From the NCBI GenBank assembly GCA_964394405.1, contig CAYMVY010000001.1, positions 38,546-102,545 on the forward strand: 64,000 bases of DNA, written 5' to 3'. Position numbers and translations under genes: made by a program. Of the stretch, positions 21,460 through 30,506 are shown one piece after another. Source of the DNA: an uncultured Gammaproteobacteria bacterium (GTDB lineage: Bacteria > Patescibacteriota > Patescibacteriia > Magasanikbacterales > UBA922). The notes under the pieces were generated by a model. That model was not told where the DNA came from and did no database searches. It saw nothing but the letters and a program-made list of their open reading frames with translations. The number at the start of each line of letters is the position of its first letter. The first letter of the stretch is position 1.

Positions 21460-21686
21460 CTATATGCGAAAATGCGAACTCTGCAAAAAAGGTACCGTCA
21501 GCGCAGCGAATCGAAGTCACTCAAAAGTGAAAACACTCCGAAAGCAGCACGCCAATCTTCAAAAATTTATGGGTCTTGTGCTCTGCAGCTCATGCCGACG
21601 AACAATCCAAAAAAAGGTGGCAAAAGCGTAATAAATATTTTCTCAAAAAATCCCGATTAAATCGGGATTTTTTATTGTGTCACATA

Positions 21687-22598
21687 CTATTCTCCCCGCA
21701 TTGGTGGTCGCTTCATTGCATCATCACTCTCCACAATTTGCTCGCATTCTTTCGAACAGGCGCCATGCAGCCGTGCAACACATTCATTGCAGTCGATAAA
21801 TAATTTATTACATTCTTTATTAATACAATTGCGATAGGTATCACAGGTGGTGCCGCATATCGCGCATTTCCCGACAATTTCTTCGGAATCCGTATGGTTC
21901 ACTCGCAAAGCAATACGATCATCAAACGTGAAACATTTACCCTCAAAAAAACCTTCATTACCATATTTCTCCGCATATGTTACAATTCCGCCTTCAAGTT
22001 GATAGACCTGGCTTTTATCAAACCCATAGGCGACAAATAGTGCTGACGCAGGCTCACAGCGAACTCCTCCTGTGCAGTACATTACAATTTTTTTCCCCTT
22101 GAATTGTCCGTAAAAATCCATGACATCTTTCAAATCTCGAAAATATGATACAGGTGGACGGACTGCATTTTTAAAACGACCAATATCATATTCATAGTCA
22201 TTGCGCATATCAATCAATACCATTTCTTCTCCGCGAGTGAGCCATTTGTGAAACGTGTCTCGGTCTACATGTTTCCCGCGTTTAGTCCAATCGATTTGAT
22301 CTTTGATCTCAGTCGTAATAATTTCGTCGCGATGTCGCACACGAAGTTTAGGGAATGGAAGAAAATCAGATGCATGCTCTTTCCAATCAATATTCTTATA
22401 TAATCGATGTTGATCCATGTATGCTTTATAGAGTTCGATACTTTCTTTGGTTCCCCCAATATTTCCATTGATTCCATAATCCCCGATCAAGATTCGCCCT
22501 TTGATATTCAAAGCAACACAAATTTCTTTGTGCATTTCAACTTCTTTTGCGGGATTCTTGATATTTACAATTTTGTAGTACAACAACGTGTGAAACAT
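21687..22598 (-). CDS. trhO: Rhodanese-domain tRNA U34 hydroxylase TrhO (YceA/UPF0176)
   Basis: Rhodanese active site CTGGVRCE plus a C-terminal Cys-rich tail; 303 aa. Confidence 0.75.
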   Translation of the reverse strand: MFHTLLYYKIVNIKNPAKEVEMHKEICVALNIKGRILIGDYGINGNIGGTKESIELYKAYMDQHRLYKNIDWKEHASDFLPFPKLRVRHRDEIITTEIKDQIDWTKRGKHVDRDTFHKWLTRGEEMVLIDMRNDYEYDIGRFKNAVRPPVSYFRDLKDVMDFYGQFKGKKIVMYCTGGVRCEPASALFVAYGFDKSQVYQLEGGIVTYAEKYGNEGFFEGKCFTFDDRIALRVNHTDSEEIVGKCAICGTTCDTYRNCINKECNKLFIDCNECVARLHGACSKECEQIVESDDAMKRPPMRGE

Positions 22599-22600
22599 AT

Positions 22601-22727
22601 TTTAAACTCAAAAGTAAAAACTCAAAGCTTAAAACTGTATCTTAAAACTAAAAACTTAACTTCCCCTGATTTTGAATTTTTAGTTTCAGTTTTACCTTTT
22701 GACATTTAAGTTTTGAATTCTCCTTTG
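22601..22727. repeat. AT-rich MITE-like repeat element, copy 1 (AAAACT array / spacer / AGTTTT array)
   Basis: The left arm has TTAAAACT repeated at about 13-nt phase and the right arm has AGTTTT repeats. The right arm ttttgaatttttagtttcagttttaccttttgacatttaagttttgaattc is about 88% identical to 38486-38536. Confidence 0.6.
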
Positions 22728-22800
22728 TCGGGCTAACACGACTTGAACGTGCGACCTCATGACCCCCAGCCATGCGCTCTACCAACTGAGCTATAGCCCG
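22728..22800 (-). tRNA. tRNA-Pro (anticodon GGG)
   Basis: 73-nt cloverleaf CGGGCTATAGCTCAGTTGGTAGAGCGCATGGCTGGGGGTCATGAGGTCGCACGTTCAAGTCGTGTTAGCCCGA. C1:G72, G37, T-loop TTCAAGT; no encoded CCA. Confidence 0.85.
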
Positions 22801-23206
22801 ATACACTCATTGCCCACAGATAATAAAACAAAAAACCCTTTTTTTCAAGAGTTCCTTGTATGACCCCAGAGAGATGCAGTACGAAATACTACTCCTAAAG
22901 ATATAGGTGGGTGGCCGCAACGCGAGCCCACGGGCTCGAGAAATATTGGCTTCCCAATGTAGTATGTTTGTAGAATAGTATATGTACTGTATCACTAAGT
23001 ACCAGGGTCAATTCTTAATATATCAAGAGGTACACAATTGTGCAAATACGACTCATCCACTGCCTAGAACATTCTAAATAATGGAGGAGAGACGACCAGA
23101 TGAGACAGGTCGCCGAGAAGCAAAAGAACAATAACGAAAACGCGATAACGCATAAGTCGGGATATCCCAACTCACACGTTACCACTTGGACCTCCCCTGA
23201 CTTCGA

Positions 23207-23406
23207 TCAAGAGTCGTGATTGCCCCGCTGCCGTTTGACCGGAGCTGGGACGGACACGACCTGGGACTCAAAGAGGGGGCGCCGTCGACATCCACGGATA
23301 GTCGCGGGGTCGAGGCGAGCCGTGTCACCACCCGAAGGAGTCGAGGACTTTTTCTTGGACTTGGGCAAATTCTTTGCCCACACTTGATACACATGATTTT
23401 CAGGCA
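23207..23406 (-). CDS. Small hypothetical protein of GC-rich island B (66 aa)
   Basis: SD ttctGAGGAtcgctATG; MPENHVYQVWAKNLPKSKKKSSTPSGG...; basic, GC-rich codons. Confidence 0.4.
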
Positions 23407-23693
23407 TAGCGATCCTCAGAAGGATGCTCGATTGAGTATTCTCAAACTTTGAGTACACTCGCACCAAGCGAAAGTCGGTCCAGACGAAATTCTTTCTTTG
23501 AAAAAACTTATTCTAAAAACATTGCATAAGAATACAAAAATAAAAAAAGCTTGTAAAGAATATTATTACTAATTCCTTACAAGTTATTCACAGATAGATC
23601 TGCCACTATCTTCCGATAATGAAAGACAATGGCAGATGGGCGGTCGACGAGTGGGCACTCATCGATCGCCCCGAGGAAAAGAACGGACGAAAC

Positions 23694-23910
23694 TCACGTA
23701 ACGGCATCAACCTGCTGAGCAGGCGCGTAAGCCGGTGTATACCAGCCAGACCTGTCAACAGTGATAGTTCGCTTGCAGACACACGTGACGCGGCAGCCAT
23801 CTCCACGTGCTTCCACGCTTTCAATGACACCAGCGCCACACGAACACTCGAAGGCCTGACCTTCTCGAATGCGATCAAGCCGACACATTCCTTTGAGTCC
23901 AATGGGCATG
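23694..23910 (-). CDS. Small Cys-rich protein of island B (71 aa)
   Basis: SD cacacAAGGAGagcgaccATG; MPIGLKGMCRLDRIREGQAFECSCGAGVIESVEARGDGCRVTCVCKR with six Cys, possibly a metal-binding knot. Confidence 0.5.
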
Positions 23911-24023
23911 GTCGCTCTCCTTGTGTGACGGGTGAACAAGACGAATGGACGCGGAAGTTGCGAGAGAAGCAACGCGAGAGCCAGAGTTGCCGGCTCAGCG
24001 CGTTACCACACTCATCTTGATAG

Positions 24024-24224
24024 TCAGTCGAGGCCGTACTTGTGACGCAACTCGATCCCCTCACGGAGCTCGAAGAACGGATCGGTGACGTACCTCGGTC
24101 GACGGTTGGGACCGCGATTCGAGTTGTACTTGTGCTTCGGCGGGAGAACCGCCTCCGGGGACTGGGTGGACGCAGTGTCGAGGTTCTGCTGCTGTGACGG
24201 CAGCTTGGAATCAGTTCCAGACAT
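24024..24224 (-). CDS. Small S/T/Q-rich protein of island B (66 aa), member of the MS-x-(T/S)...SP / RxRY..D..EL motif family
   Basis: SD cgAGGGAatgccATG; MSGTDSKLPSQQQNLDTASTQSPEAVLPP...NRRPRYVTDPFFELREGIELRHKYGLD. Confidence 0.5.
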   Translation of the reverse strand: MSGTDSKLPSQQQNLDTASTQSPEAVLPPKHKYNSNRGPNRRPRYVTDPFFELREGIELRHKYGLD

Positions 24225-24304
24225 GGCATTCCCTCGAAATTCTCTCGTGTGGCGCACGAGAGTTATTCGTCTTCCCAAGAATTCCCACCGTAGGAATACT
24301 TGTT

Positions 24305-24355
24305 CAAACGAGTTGCTGTAGGGACAAAAAATCTATCGACACAGCAACTCGTTTG
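24305..24355. repeat. Perfect 15-bp inverted repeat with 21-bp spacer (caaacgagttgctgt ... acagcaactcgtttg)
   Basis: Exact reverse-complement arms read directly from the sequence. Located between two small island B ORFs; no downstream T-tract. Confidence 0.7.
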
Positions 24356-24478
24356 TGACAAATATCCAACAAAATATATAAGGAACAAAACACTCTATTT
24401 CACCCCCTACTAAGTACATATTTTTTACTCAATAGGGGGTGAGCAACGCAGAGGACGATACGTTTTCACCCCACAGAT

Positions 24479-24655
24479 TCACCGAGTGGATGAGGGATCT
24501 CGGAACTTGTGGTTCAGATGATCCTTGTTCGGACGGAGGAGCGACAGGAGAAGCTCTTCGTCGATCTCGTCATAGCGACGACGAGAAGAGAACGGTTCGG
24601 TAGTCGGCGTGGGCGCGACAGGCTCTGGGGGACGGGGAGATTGAGTATCAGACAT
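24479..24655 (-). CDS. Small S/T/P-rich protein of island B (58 aa), same family as 24024-24224
   Basis: GGAG 9 nt upstream; MSDTQSPRPPEPVAPTPTTEPFSSRRRYDEIDEELLLSLLRPNKDHLNHKF. Shares RxRY-D-EL-L-LR with the 24024 ORF. Confidence 0.45.
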   Translation of the reverse strand: MSDTQSPRPPEPVAPTPTTEPFSSRRRYDEIDEELLLSLLRPNKDHLNHKFRDPSSTR

Positions 24656-24704
24656 GGTAGACGGCTCCATTCTAGAGTGGAATGATTCTCTGGGCGAAGA
24701 GGCA

Positions 24705-24740
24705 TTGATCTTGAGGCGAGTTCGAATCTATACACAATTT
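24705..24740 (-). promoter_or_regulatory. Putative promoter (TTGAAT-N18-TGTATAGAT, extended -10) for island B small ORFs
   Basis: The minus strand reads gTTTGAATgtatatatactgaaattgTGTATAGATtcg. Confidence 0.3.
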
Positions 24741-24923
24741 CAGTATATATACATTCAAACCCGCCTCACCAAAGCACATATCAAATACAGACACTCACCA
24801 ATCTCTGCGTTGCAATTTGTAAAGAACAATATCGCTACCCCCCTTCAAAAATCCACATAGCGTTCCTATTCAGGAAAGTGAATATCGATTCACATCGGTA
24901 CTCACTTTCCTGAATTTTTTCCT

Positions 24924-24957
24924 AAAAAAAGACCCCAAACTTTTTGGCTTGGGGTCA
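24924..24957 (-). terminator. Intrinsic terminator
   Basis: The minus strand reads gaccccaagccaaaaagtttggggtcttttttt. Confidence 0.55.
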
Positions 24958-25189
24958 GTTCTAGTAAAAGTTTGAGAATATTATCTCCTCTACCATCTCA
25001 AATTAGTACTAACCCCATGCGAATAATCGAGCGCCATGACAAAGCAAAAATTCACCTTGTTGAGGCGCTTGGTAATGAGATTAATAATTGTCTGAGAAAA
25101 TAATTTCATAAATGTATTACACACATATCTGACTATAACTCTGGATCTGTATGTGGTCAAGCTTTTTACCATACTTATCCACAAGCAAC

Positions 25190-25218
25190 AAAAAACCCGC
25201 TATGAACAGCGGGTTTTT
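25190..25218 (-). terminator. Intrinsic terminator for ndk
   Basis: The minus strand reads aaaaacccgctgttcatagcgggttttttgtt. Confidence 0.65.
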
Positions 25219-25229
25219 CATGGAAAATA

Positions 25230-25712
25230 TTATACTCTCTCATCTTCAGTATATACATGCAGATAATCGCTCTTCTCATAGTCATGCAATTCATCTGCTT
25301 TAAAGAAACGCTGTACCTCAGCTTTTGCAGCCTCAACAGAGTCAGACGCATGAATCACGTTACATGCGACACTCATCGCATAGTCCCCCCGAATAGAGCC
25401 AGCTTCAGCAGTTCGAGCTTTGGTAATTCCGGTAATCAATCTGATGGCATTTACCACTTCCAATCCCTCCCATACCTGTACAATCACCGGTGAACTCATC
25501 ATGAATCGCTCAACTCCTGGATAAAATGGTTTTTCAGCAATATGTGCGTAATGCTCGCGAAGCACCGCTTCCTCGAGTCGCATCATTTTCATACCTACCA
25601 ATTTCAAACCTTTCTGTTCGAATCGATCAGTAATTTTTCCTACCAACCCACGCTGAATTGCGTCTGGTTTAATAATTACGAGTGTCTTTTCTTCTAATCC
25701 TTCAAATTTCAT
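25230..25712 (-). CDS. ndk: Nucleoside diphosphate kinase
   Basis: VIIKPDAIQRGLVGKI ... NVIHASDSVEAAKAEV; the active-site His motif is present. Confidence 0.92.
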   Translation of the reverse strand: MKFEGLEEKTLVIIKPDAIQRGLVGKITDRFEQKGLKLVGMKMMRLEEAVLREHYAHIAEKPFYPGVERFMMSSPVIVQVWEGLEVVNAIRLITGITKARTAEAGSIRGDYAMSVACNVIHASDSVEAAKAEVQRFFKADELHDYEKSDYLHVYTEDERV

Positions 25713-25852
25713 AGAAGTATTGATTAGATGAATAAAATAGTTGGCAGAACTATACGTCTGAATAAGTAATTTGTCAAGATACTCTTGGATAAAAAAATAA
25801 AATACGATATACTAATGCCTAGTATATAAAAATTTACTTTAATACACTCCCT

Positions 25853-26542
25853 ATGGTACAAAAAGAAAGACATCCACTACACGAAATGCTTGATGTGCCC
25901 CTCGAACCATCAAATGATAATGATAAAAAAATAGGAAAAGAAAAAAAGGGAGAAAAAAGGGAGAAAAAAAATACCCGAACTAAAAAAGTATACAAAAAAA
26001 ATCAAGAACCACCCCAACTACCCAAAGAATATCTAGAAGCAACAGAAGAGCAAGAGAGAAAAGAATTCCACGAAGAAGCGCATGAAGAAATTGCACGAAA
26101 AAACTTTTTTAAAAAAGCAAAAGGAGAAGATACCTCCGATGAGAATAAAATTGCAGAAACTCGAGAAAAAATTAATAATCTTGATCTCAGTGGAGATGAA
26201 AAAGAGTCAAAATTATCTGAAATGAAAAAAATGATCAAGGAAAAATATGATATCAATCTCAATGCATGGGCTAATCCAGAAGAAGAAGCTGATGCAAAAA
26301 AAATGAACCGTCTCGGGGATATCCTAAAGGGGAAAAATCCAGAAAATATGGGATTTTTCAAAAGATTATTTATAGGAATATCTGAAAAAGAACGAATGCA
26401 GGCAAAATCATTCAAAAATGATTATGACGCCTACACAGAACTTGCAGACGAAATTGCCGAAGCAGCAGAACAACCACGGAGAGGAAAGAAAAAAAATCAA
26501 CTCCCTCCTATAGAAACTCCTCCTAAGTATCAGTGGATATAA
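25853..26542 (+). CDS. Hypothetical K/E-rich low-complexity protein
   Basis: 229 aa, highly charged (KKIGKEKKGEKREKKNTR...), followed by a bidirectional terminator. Confidence 0.55.
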   Translation: MVQKERHPLHEMLDVPLEPSNDNDKKIGKEKKGEKREKKNTRTKKVYKKNQEPPQLPKEYLEATEEQERKEFHEEAHEEIARKNFFKKAKGEDTSDENKIAETREKINNLDLSGDEKESKLSEMKKMIKEKYDINLNAWANPEEEADAKKMNRLGDILKGKNPENMGFFKRLFIGISEKERMQAKSFKNDYDAYTELADEIAEAAEQPRRGKKKNQLPPIETPPKYQWI

Positions 26543-26547
26543 GAATC

Positions 26548-26577
26548 AAAAAAACCTCCGAGTATAGGAGGTTTTTT
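26548..26577. terminator. Bidirectional intrinsic terminator
   Basis: aaaaaaacctccgagtataggaggtttttt. Confidence 0.65.
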
Positions 26578-26579
26578 AT

Positions 26580-28658
26580 TTACAAATCGTCAAGCGACTT
26601 CAAAAAACTTCTTACTGGCTTAGTACTATCATCTGCTTCATACGTAATATCGTCTACATCATCGCTCGGATCAGAAAAAACGAGTGTACTCGATCCCTGA
26701 CTTCGCTCATGATGGATCAAATCCCGATCAATCTCTTCGATAAATCGACTAGGGCCTTGCAGGACACTAAACGAACTCGCAAGTAATGGATATGAGAGAT
26801 ATAAAAACTTTTTCGCGCGAGTAATCGCGACATAAAACAACCTCCGCTCTTCTTCCACTCCATCAACCTCCCTCATTGATCGCTCACTGGGGAATTGACC
26901 AGCAGAAACATGGAGAATAAAAACCGCCTCCCACTCCAATCCTTTTGCCTGATGAATCGTAGAAAGTACAATTTTTTCCTGATCCTCATCAGCGCTTTTT
27001 GCAACCTTACCCGAATAACTCTCCTGCAAACTCGCTTCAGCTAAAAAATCAGAAAGCCGTGATTCCCCTTCCAGAGATATATACTGATCAGCAAACAGCG
27101 CAAGCTGTTCAATATCTTGCAGACGTTCTTTATAATCTGGATATTCTGCTTCCAAATATTCTGTATACGGAGATGCCAAAATTCCCCGAATCATTTCTCC
27201 TGGTCCTCGCTCATGAGAATCAACAACTTCATTCCAAATTCGCAAAAATTCTCCCCAACCCAATTGTCCTCGGAGAGAAAGAATACTTCCCGCGTGATCG
27301 ATAGGCTCGTTCGGTGCCAGTCCACGGACCATGTCAATAATTTTTTCAGCACCCGACGGACCAATTCCTGTCTGCATCGTAAGAACACGCATCCATGCAA
27401 TTGAATCTCCCCGATTCGCAAAAATTCGCAAATACGCGAGTATATCTTTCACATGCGCGCGTTCAAAAAATCGCACACCGCCACGATAATCATACGGAAT
27501 TTGTCTTCGTGTTAACTCGATTTCAAGTGATTGTGAATGGAATGCGGCGCGAAATAATACGGCGATTTCAGACAACGAAACCCCTTCTTCTGATAATTCA
27601 AGAATTCGATCCGCAATAAATCGTGCTTCTTCGAGTGCATCAACAAATGCATGTACTTCAGGCTTGGTAAAATTCTCCCGAATACTCCGCAACTCTTTTT
27701 TATATTGCTTTTTATTTTGTGCAATAACCTCATTTGCAACCCCGAGAATATCCGGAGTCGAACGATAATTCGTTTCAAGTCGAAAAATGTGAGCATCTTT
27801 GTATGTATGTTCGAAATCAAGAATGTTTGTGATATCAGCAGCACGAAATGAATAAATACTCTGTGCGTCATCCCCTACTACCAACAAATTCTGATGAACA
27901 CTCGCAAAAAAACGAATAATCGATGCCTGGATCTTATTCGTATCCTGATACTCATCAACTAAAATATATTGAAATTGTGTAGCATATTTTTTACGTACCT
28001 GCTCTGAAGATGAAAGTAGTAAAAATAAATTGACGAGCAAATCATCAAAATCCATTACATTACTTTCTCGTTTTCTTCTACTATAATCTTCTGCAATACG
28101 AGATAATGCTTCTGTAAAATCGACCCACTGTGGATGTTTTTCGAGGAGGACATCCGCAACCGTACGCTCTGCATTTCTCGCAAAACTAAGTAGTGATGCA
28201 ACTACCGCAGGAGAAGGAAATTTTTTATACGTACGCTGTATTCCTTCATTCCCGATACACAATTTGATCATGTCGCGTGCGTCTTCTGAATCAAGAATAT
28301 TAAACGTATTGTTATAACCAAGCAATGGTGCGTACTGTTTGAGTATACGATATGCAATATGATGGAATGTTCCAGACCATGGCAATTTCACTCCGCCCCG
28401 AGTGAGCGATTCCACACGATGCAACATTTCACGAGCAGCTTTATTGGTGAAGGTGAGTAATAAAATTGAAGAAGGATCAATACCCTTCTCTAGTAAATAC
28501 GCAACTCGATACGTAATCGCACGTGTCTTACCACTTCCCGCTCCCGCAAGCACCAGGCACGGACCATCGCCATGCAATACGACATCAAGTTGTTCTGTAT
28601 TTAATTCTTTTTGAAAATCAATCATAACGATTTTATCCCATTTAGACTGAGAAGCCAC
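26580..28658 (-). CDS. UvrD/PcrA/Rep-family ATP-dependent DNA helicase
   Basis: 692 aa with Walker A AGAGSGKTRAITYR and SF1 helicase motifs. Confidence 0.9.
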   Translation of the reverse strand: MASQSKWDKIVMIDFQKELNTEQLDVVLHGDGPCLVLAGAGSGKTRAITYRVAYLLEKGIDPSSILLLTFTNKAAREMLHRVESLTRGGVKLPWSGTFHHIAYRILKQYAPLLGYNNTFNILDSEDARDMIKLCIGNEGIQRTYKKFPSPAVVASLLSFARNAERTVADVLLEKHPQWVDFTEALSRIAEDYSRRKRESNVMDFDDLLVNLFLLLSSSEQVRKKYATQFQYILVDEYQDTNKIQASIIRFFASVHQNLLVVGDDAQSIYSFRAADITNILDFEHTYKDAHIFRLETNYRSTPDILGVANEVIAQNKKQYKKELRSIRENFTKPEVHAFVDALEEARFIADRILELSEEGVSLSEIAVLFRAAFHSQSLEIELTRRQIPYDYRGGVRFFERAHVKDILAYLRIFANRGDSIAWMRVLTMQTGIGPSGAEKIIDMVRGLAPNEPIDHAGSILSLRGQLGWGEFLRIWNEVVDSHERGPGEMIRGILASPYTEYLEAEYPDYKERLQDIEQLALFADQYISLEGESRLSDFLAEASLQESYSGKVAKSADEDQEKIVLSTIHQAKGLEWEAVFILHVSAGQFPSERSMREVDGVEEERRLFYVAITRAKKFLYLSYPLLASSFSVLQGPSRFIEEIDRDLIHHERSQGSSTLVFSDPSDDVDDITYEADDSTKPVRSFLKSLDDL

Positions 28659-28770
28659 GTATGATAAGTACGTAGCAAGCTTCTCTCCTCGCGGCGGCCG
28701 AAGCCGCCGCCCCGTGAATTGTGAGATCTCTCAGATTAGGTAGCCGACGTACTCCGGACCCCCTTAGATA

Positions 28771-29256
28771 TTACCCGTCGACCAATTCGATGGTGCTCTC
28801 GTTGTCCACCTGGACATAGATGGTTCGAAAGTAGCCCTGAGGAGCCCATCGCCCCGTCACGAGAACTTCCTGAACAATCGAATACCAGTTGCGATCACCG
28901 AAAAGCACAGTCCAGACACGCTTCCTCACTTCGTTCATGTGGTACGGTCGTGGTACCTGCGGACGCCGTTGGCCCATACGCAGATGCCAGTAATCATACT
29001 TCTCTTCCGAGCCCTGCCAGCAGACGTCGACCGTCACTCGTCTGAAGTAGCCCACAGGGGCGCACTCCTCGACGAGAAGGATGACGACTTCAAACGGGGT
29101 CATGTTTCCGAAGAGAGTGTGCCATGCCTCATGATACCGACGAGCGAGACGAACCAGATTGTCTGGTTGTGGCATACCCTTCTTACAGCGTGAACGTGGC
29201 ACCTTGTGATGCGACGTCATTTGTGACGGATCATCCGACTTCGCACGTTTTCCCAT
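28771..29256 (-). CDS. HNH-nuclease-like protein with degenerate zinc ligands, in GC-rich island C
   Basis: SD gctcGAGAGGGcacaaATG; HHKVPRSRCKKGMPQPDNLVRLARRYHEAWH matches HH..P.S.GG....NL..LC..CH...H, with the Cys ligands replaced by A and Y. About 58% GC. Confidence 0.5.
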   Translation of the reverse strand: MGKRAKSDDPSQMTSHHKVPRSRCKKGMPQPDNLVRLARRYHEAWHTLFGNMTPFEVVILLVEECAPVGYFRRVTVDVCWQGSEEKYDYWHLRMGQRRPQVPRPYHMNEVRKRVWTVLFGDRNWYSIVQEVLVTGRWAPQGYFRTIYVQVDNESTIELVDG

Positions 29257-29344
29257 TTGTGCCCTCTCGAGCAAAAGGACAAACACTTAAACAATCATAA
29301 CCCTGATTGAAAAAAAACACAACTTCTGTTAGTGTTAGCAACAT

Positions 29345-30505
29345 ATGTTCTGGAAAATAGTCAAACAATCCAGTGAATGCGGTGCACGAGCAGGTATCAT
29401 TCACACTGATCATGGAGATATTCCGACTCCTATTTTTATGCCTGTTGGAACTCAGGCAAGTGTGAAAACACTGGATACCAATGACATCAAAAATACAGGA
29501 GCTGAAATTATTTTGGCAAACACCTATCACCTACATTTACGACCCGGCGAAGATCTGATTGACAAGGCAGGAGGGCTTCACAAATTCATGGGTTGGGACG
29601 GACCAATGCTTACTGATAGTGGAGGATTCCAAGTACTGTCGCTTGGTGCACAAAAAACCAGAAACAAAGGTGGCGAAGCCCTCACCAAAATTGATGATAA
29701 TGGAGTGACCTTCAAAAGTCATATTGATGGTTCGACCCACCGATTCACTCCAGAAATTGCTGTAGATATTCAGCATAAGCTAGGTGCTGACATTATTATG
29801 GCATTTGATGAAGCAACACCTGATGATGCGGATGTTGAATATGCAAAAAGCGCACTTGAACGAACACATCGCTGGGCAAAAGAATCACTCGAGGCACACA
29901 AAAAAGAAACAAAACACCATGGATACGAACAATTTTTATTTGGAATTATCCAGGGCGGGGTTCATAAAGACTTACGAATTGAAAGTGCCAAAGCTATTTG
30001 CAATATGGATTTTGACGGAATTGCAATTGGTGGAGAATCAGTTGGATACAACATGCCGATAACGCGCGAAATTTTACAATGGGTAGCCCCACACTTACCA
30101 GAAAATAAACCACACTACACCATGGGCGTTGGTTACTCACCCATGGATTTGTTTGACGTCGTAGAACATGGAATTGATATGTTTGACTGTGTAGCGCCAA
30201 CACGAGTTGCACGAAATGGAACCCTGTTTGACAGAAGCGCAAAAGATTCTAACTTTAGAATTTCAATTACCAATGCTCAATACCGCGAAGATTTTTCTCC
30301 GATTGACCCGACGAATACGCTCCCCCCACATCTCAATGTTTCACGCGCATATCTTCATCATCTCTTCAAAGCAGAAGAACTCGCAGCATACCGCATTGCG
30401 ACCATGCACAATCTCACCTTCCTTCTTACACTCATGAAACAAATGAGAGTCGCGATTATCGAAGATAGGTTCTTTGAATTTAAAAAAGAATGGATCAATG
30501 GTTAA
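29345..30505 (+). CDS. tgt: Queuine/preQ1 tRNA-ribosyltransferase homolog lacking the CxCxxC zinc motif
   Basis: TGT catalytic motifs present (PIFMPVGTQASVK, LTDSGGFQV, DMFDCVAPTRVARNG). The expected CxCxxC zinc site reads SPIDPTNTLPPHLNVSRAYLHHL. Confidence 0.8.
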   Translation: MFWKIVKQSSECGARAGIIHTDHGDIPTPIFMPVGTQASVKTLDTNDIKNTGAEIILANTYHLHLRPGEDLIDKAGGLHKFMGWDGPMLTDSGGFQVLSLGAQKTRNKGGEALTKIDDNGVTFKSHIDGSTHRFTPEIAVDIQHKLGADIIMAFDEATPDDADVEYAKSALERTHRWAKESLEAHKKETKHHGYEQFLFGIIQGGVHKDLRIESAKAICNMDFDGIAIGGESVGYNMPITREILQWVAPHLPENKPHYTMGVGYSPMDLFDVVEHGIDMFDCVAPTRVARNGTLFDRSAKDSNFRISITNAQYREDFSPIDPTNTLPPHLNVSRAYLHHLFKAEELAAYRIATMHNLTFLLTLMKQMRVAIIEDRFFEFKKEWING

Positions 30506-30506
30506 T

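Noticed and set aside
23179-24735. Long overlapping frames in island B: 23606..24229 (-), 23619..24020 (+), 24085..24321 (+), 24514..24735 (-), 23216..23452 (+)
   Set aside because: Ser/Arg/Pro-rich, no SD, and mutually exclusive with the SD-preceded small ORFs. Treated as GC-driven spurious frames, though a single larger gene cannot be fully excluded.
24990-25184. 64-aa ORF between the ndk terminator and the second terminator
   Set aside because: No SD and hydrophobic or odd composition. Possibly a short sRNA locus instead, but there is no positive evidence.
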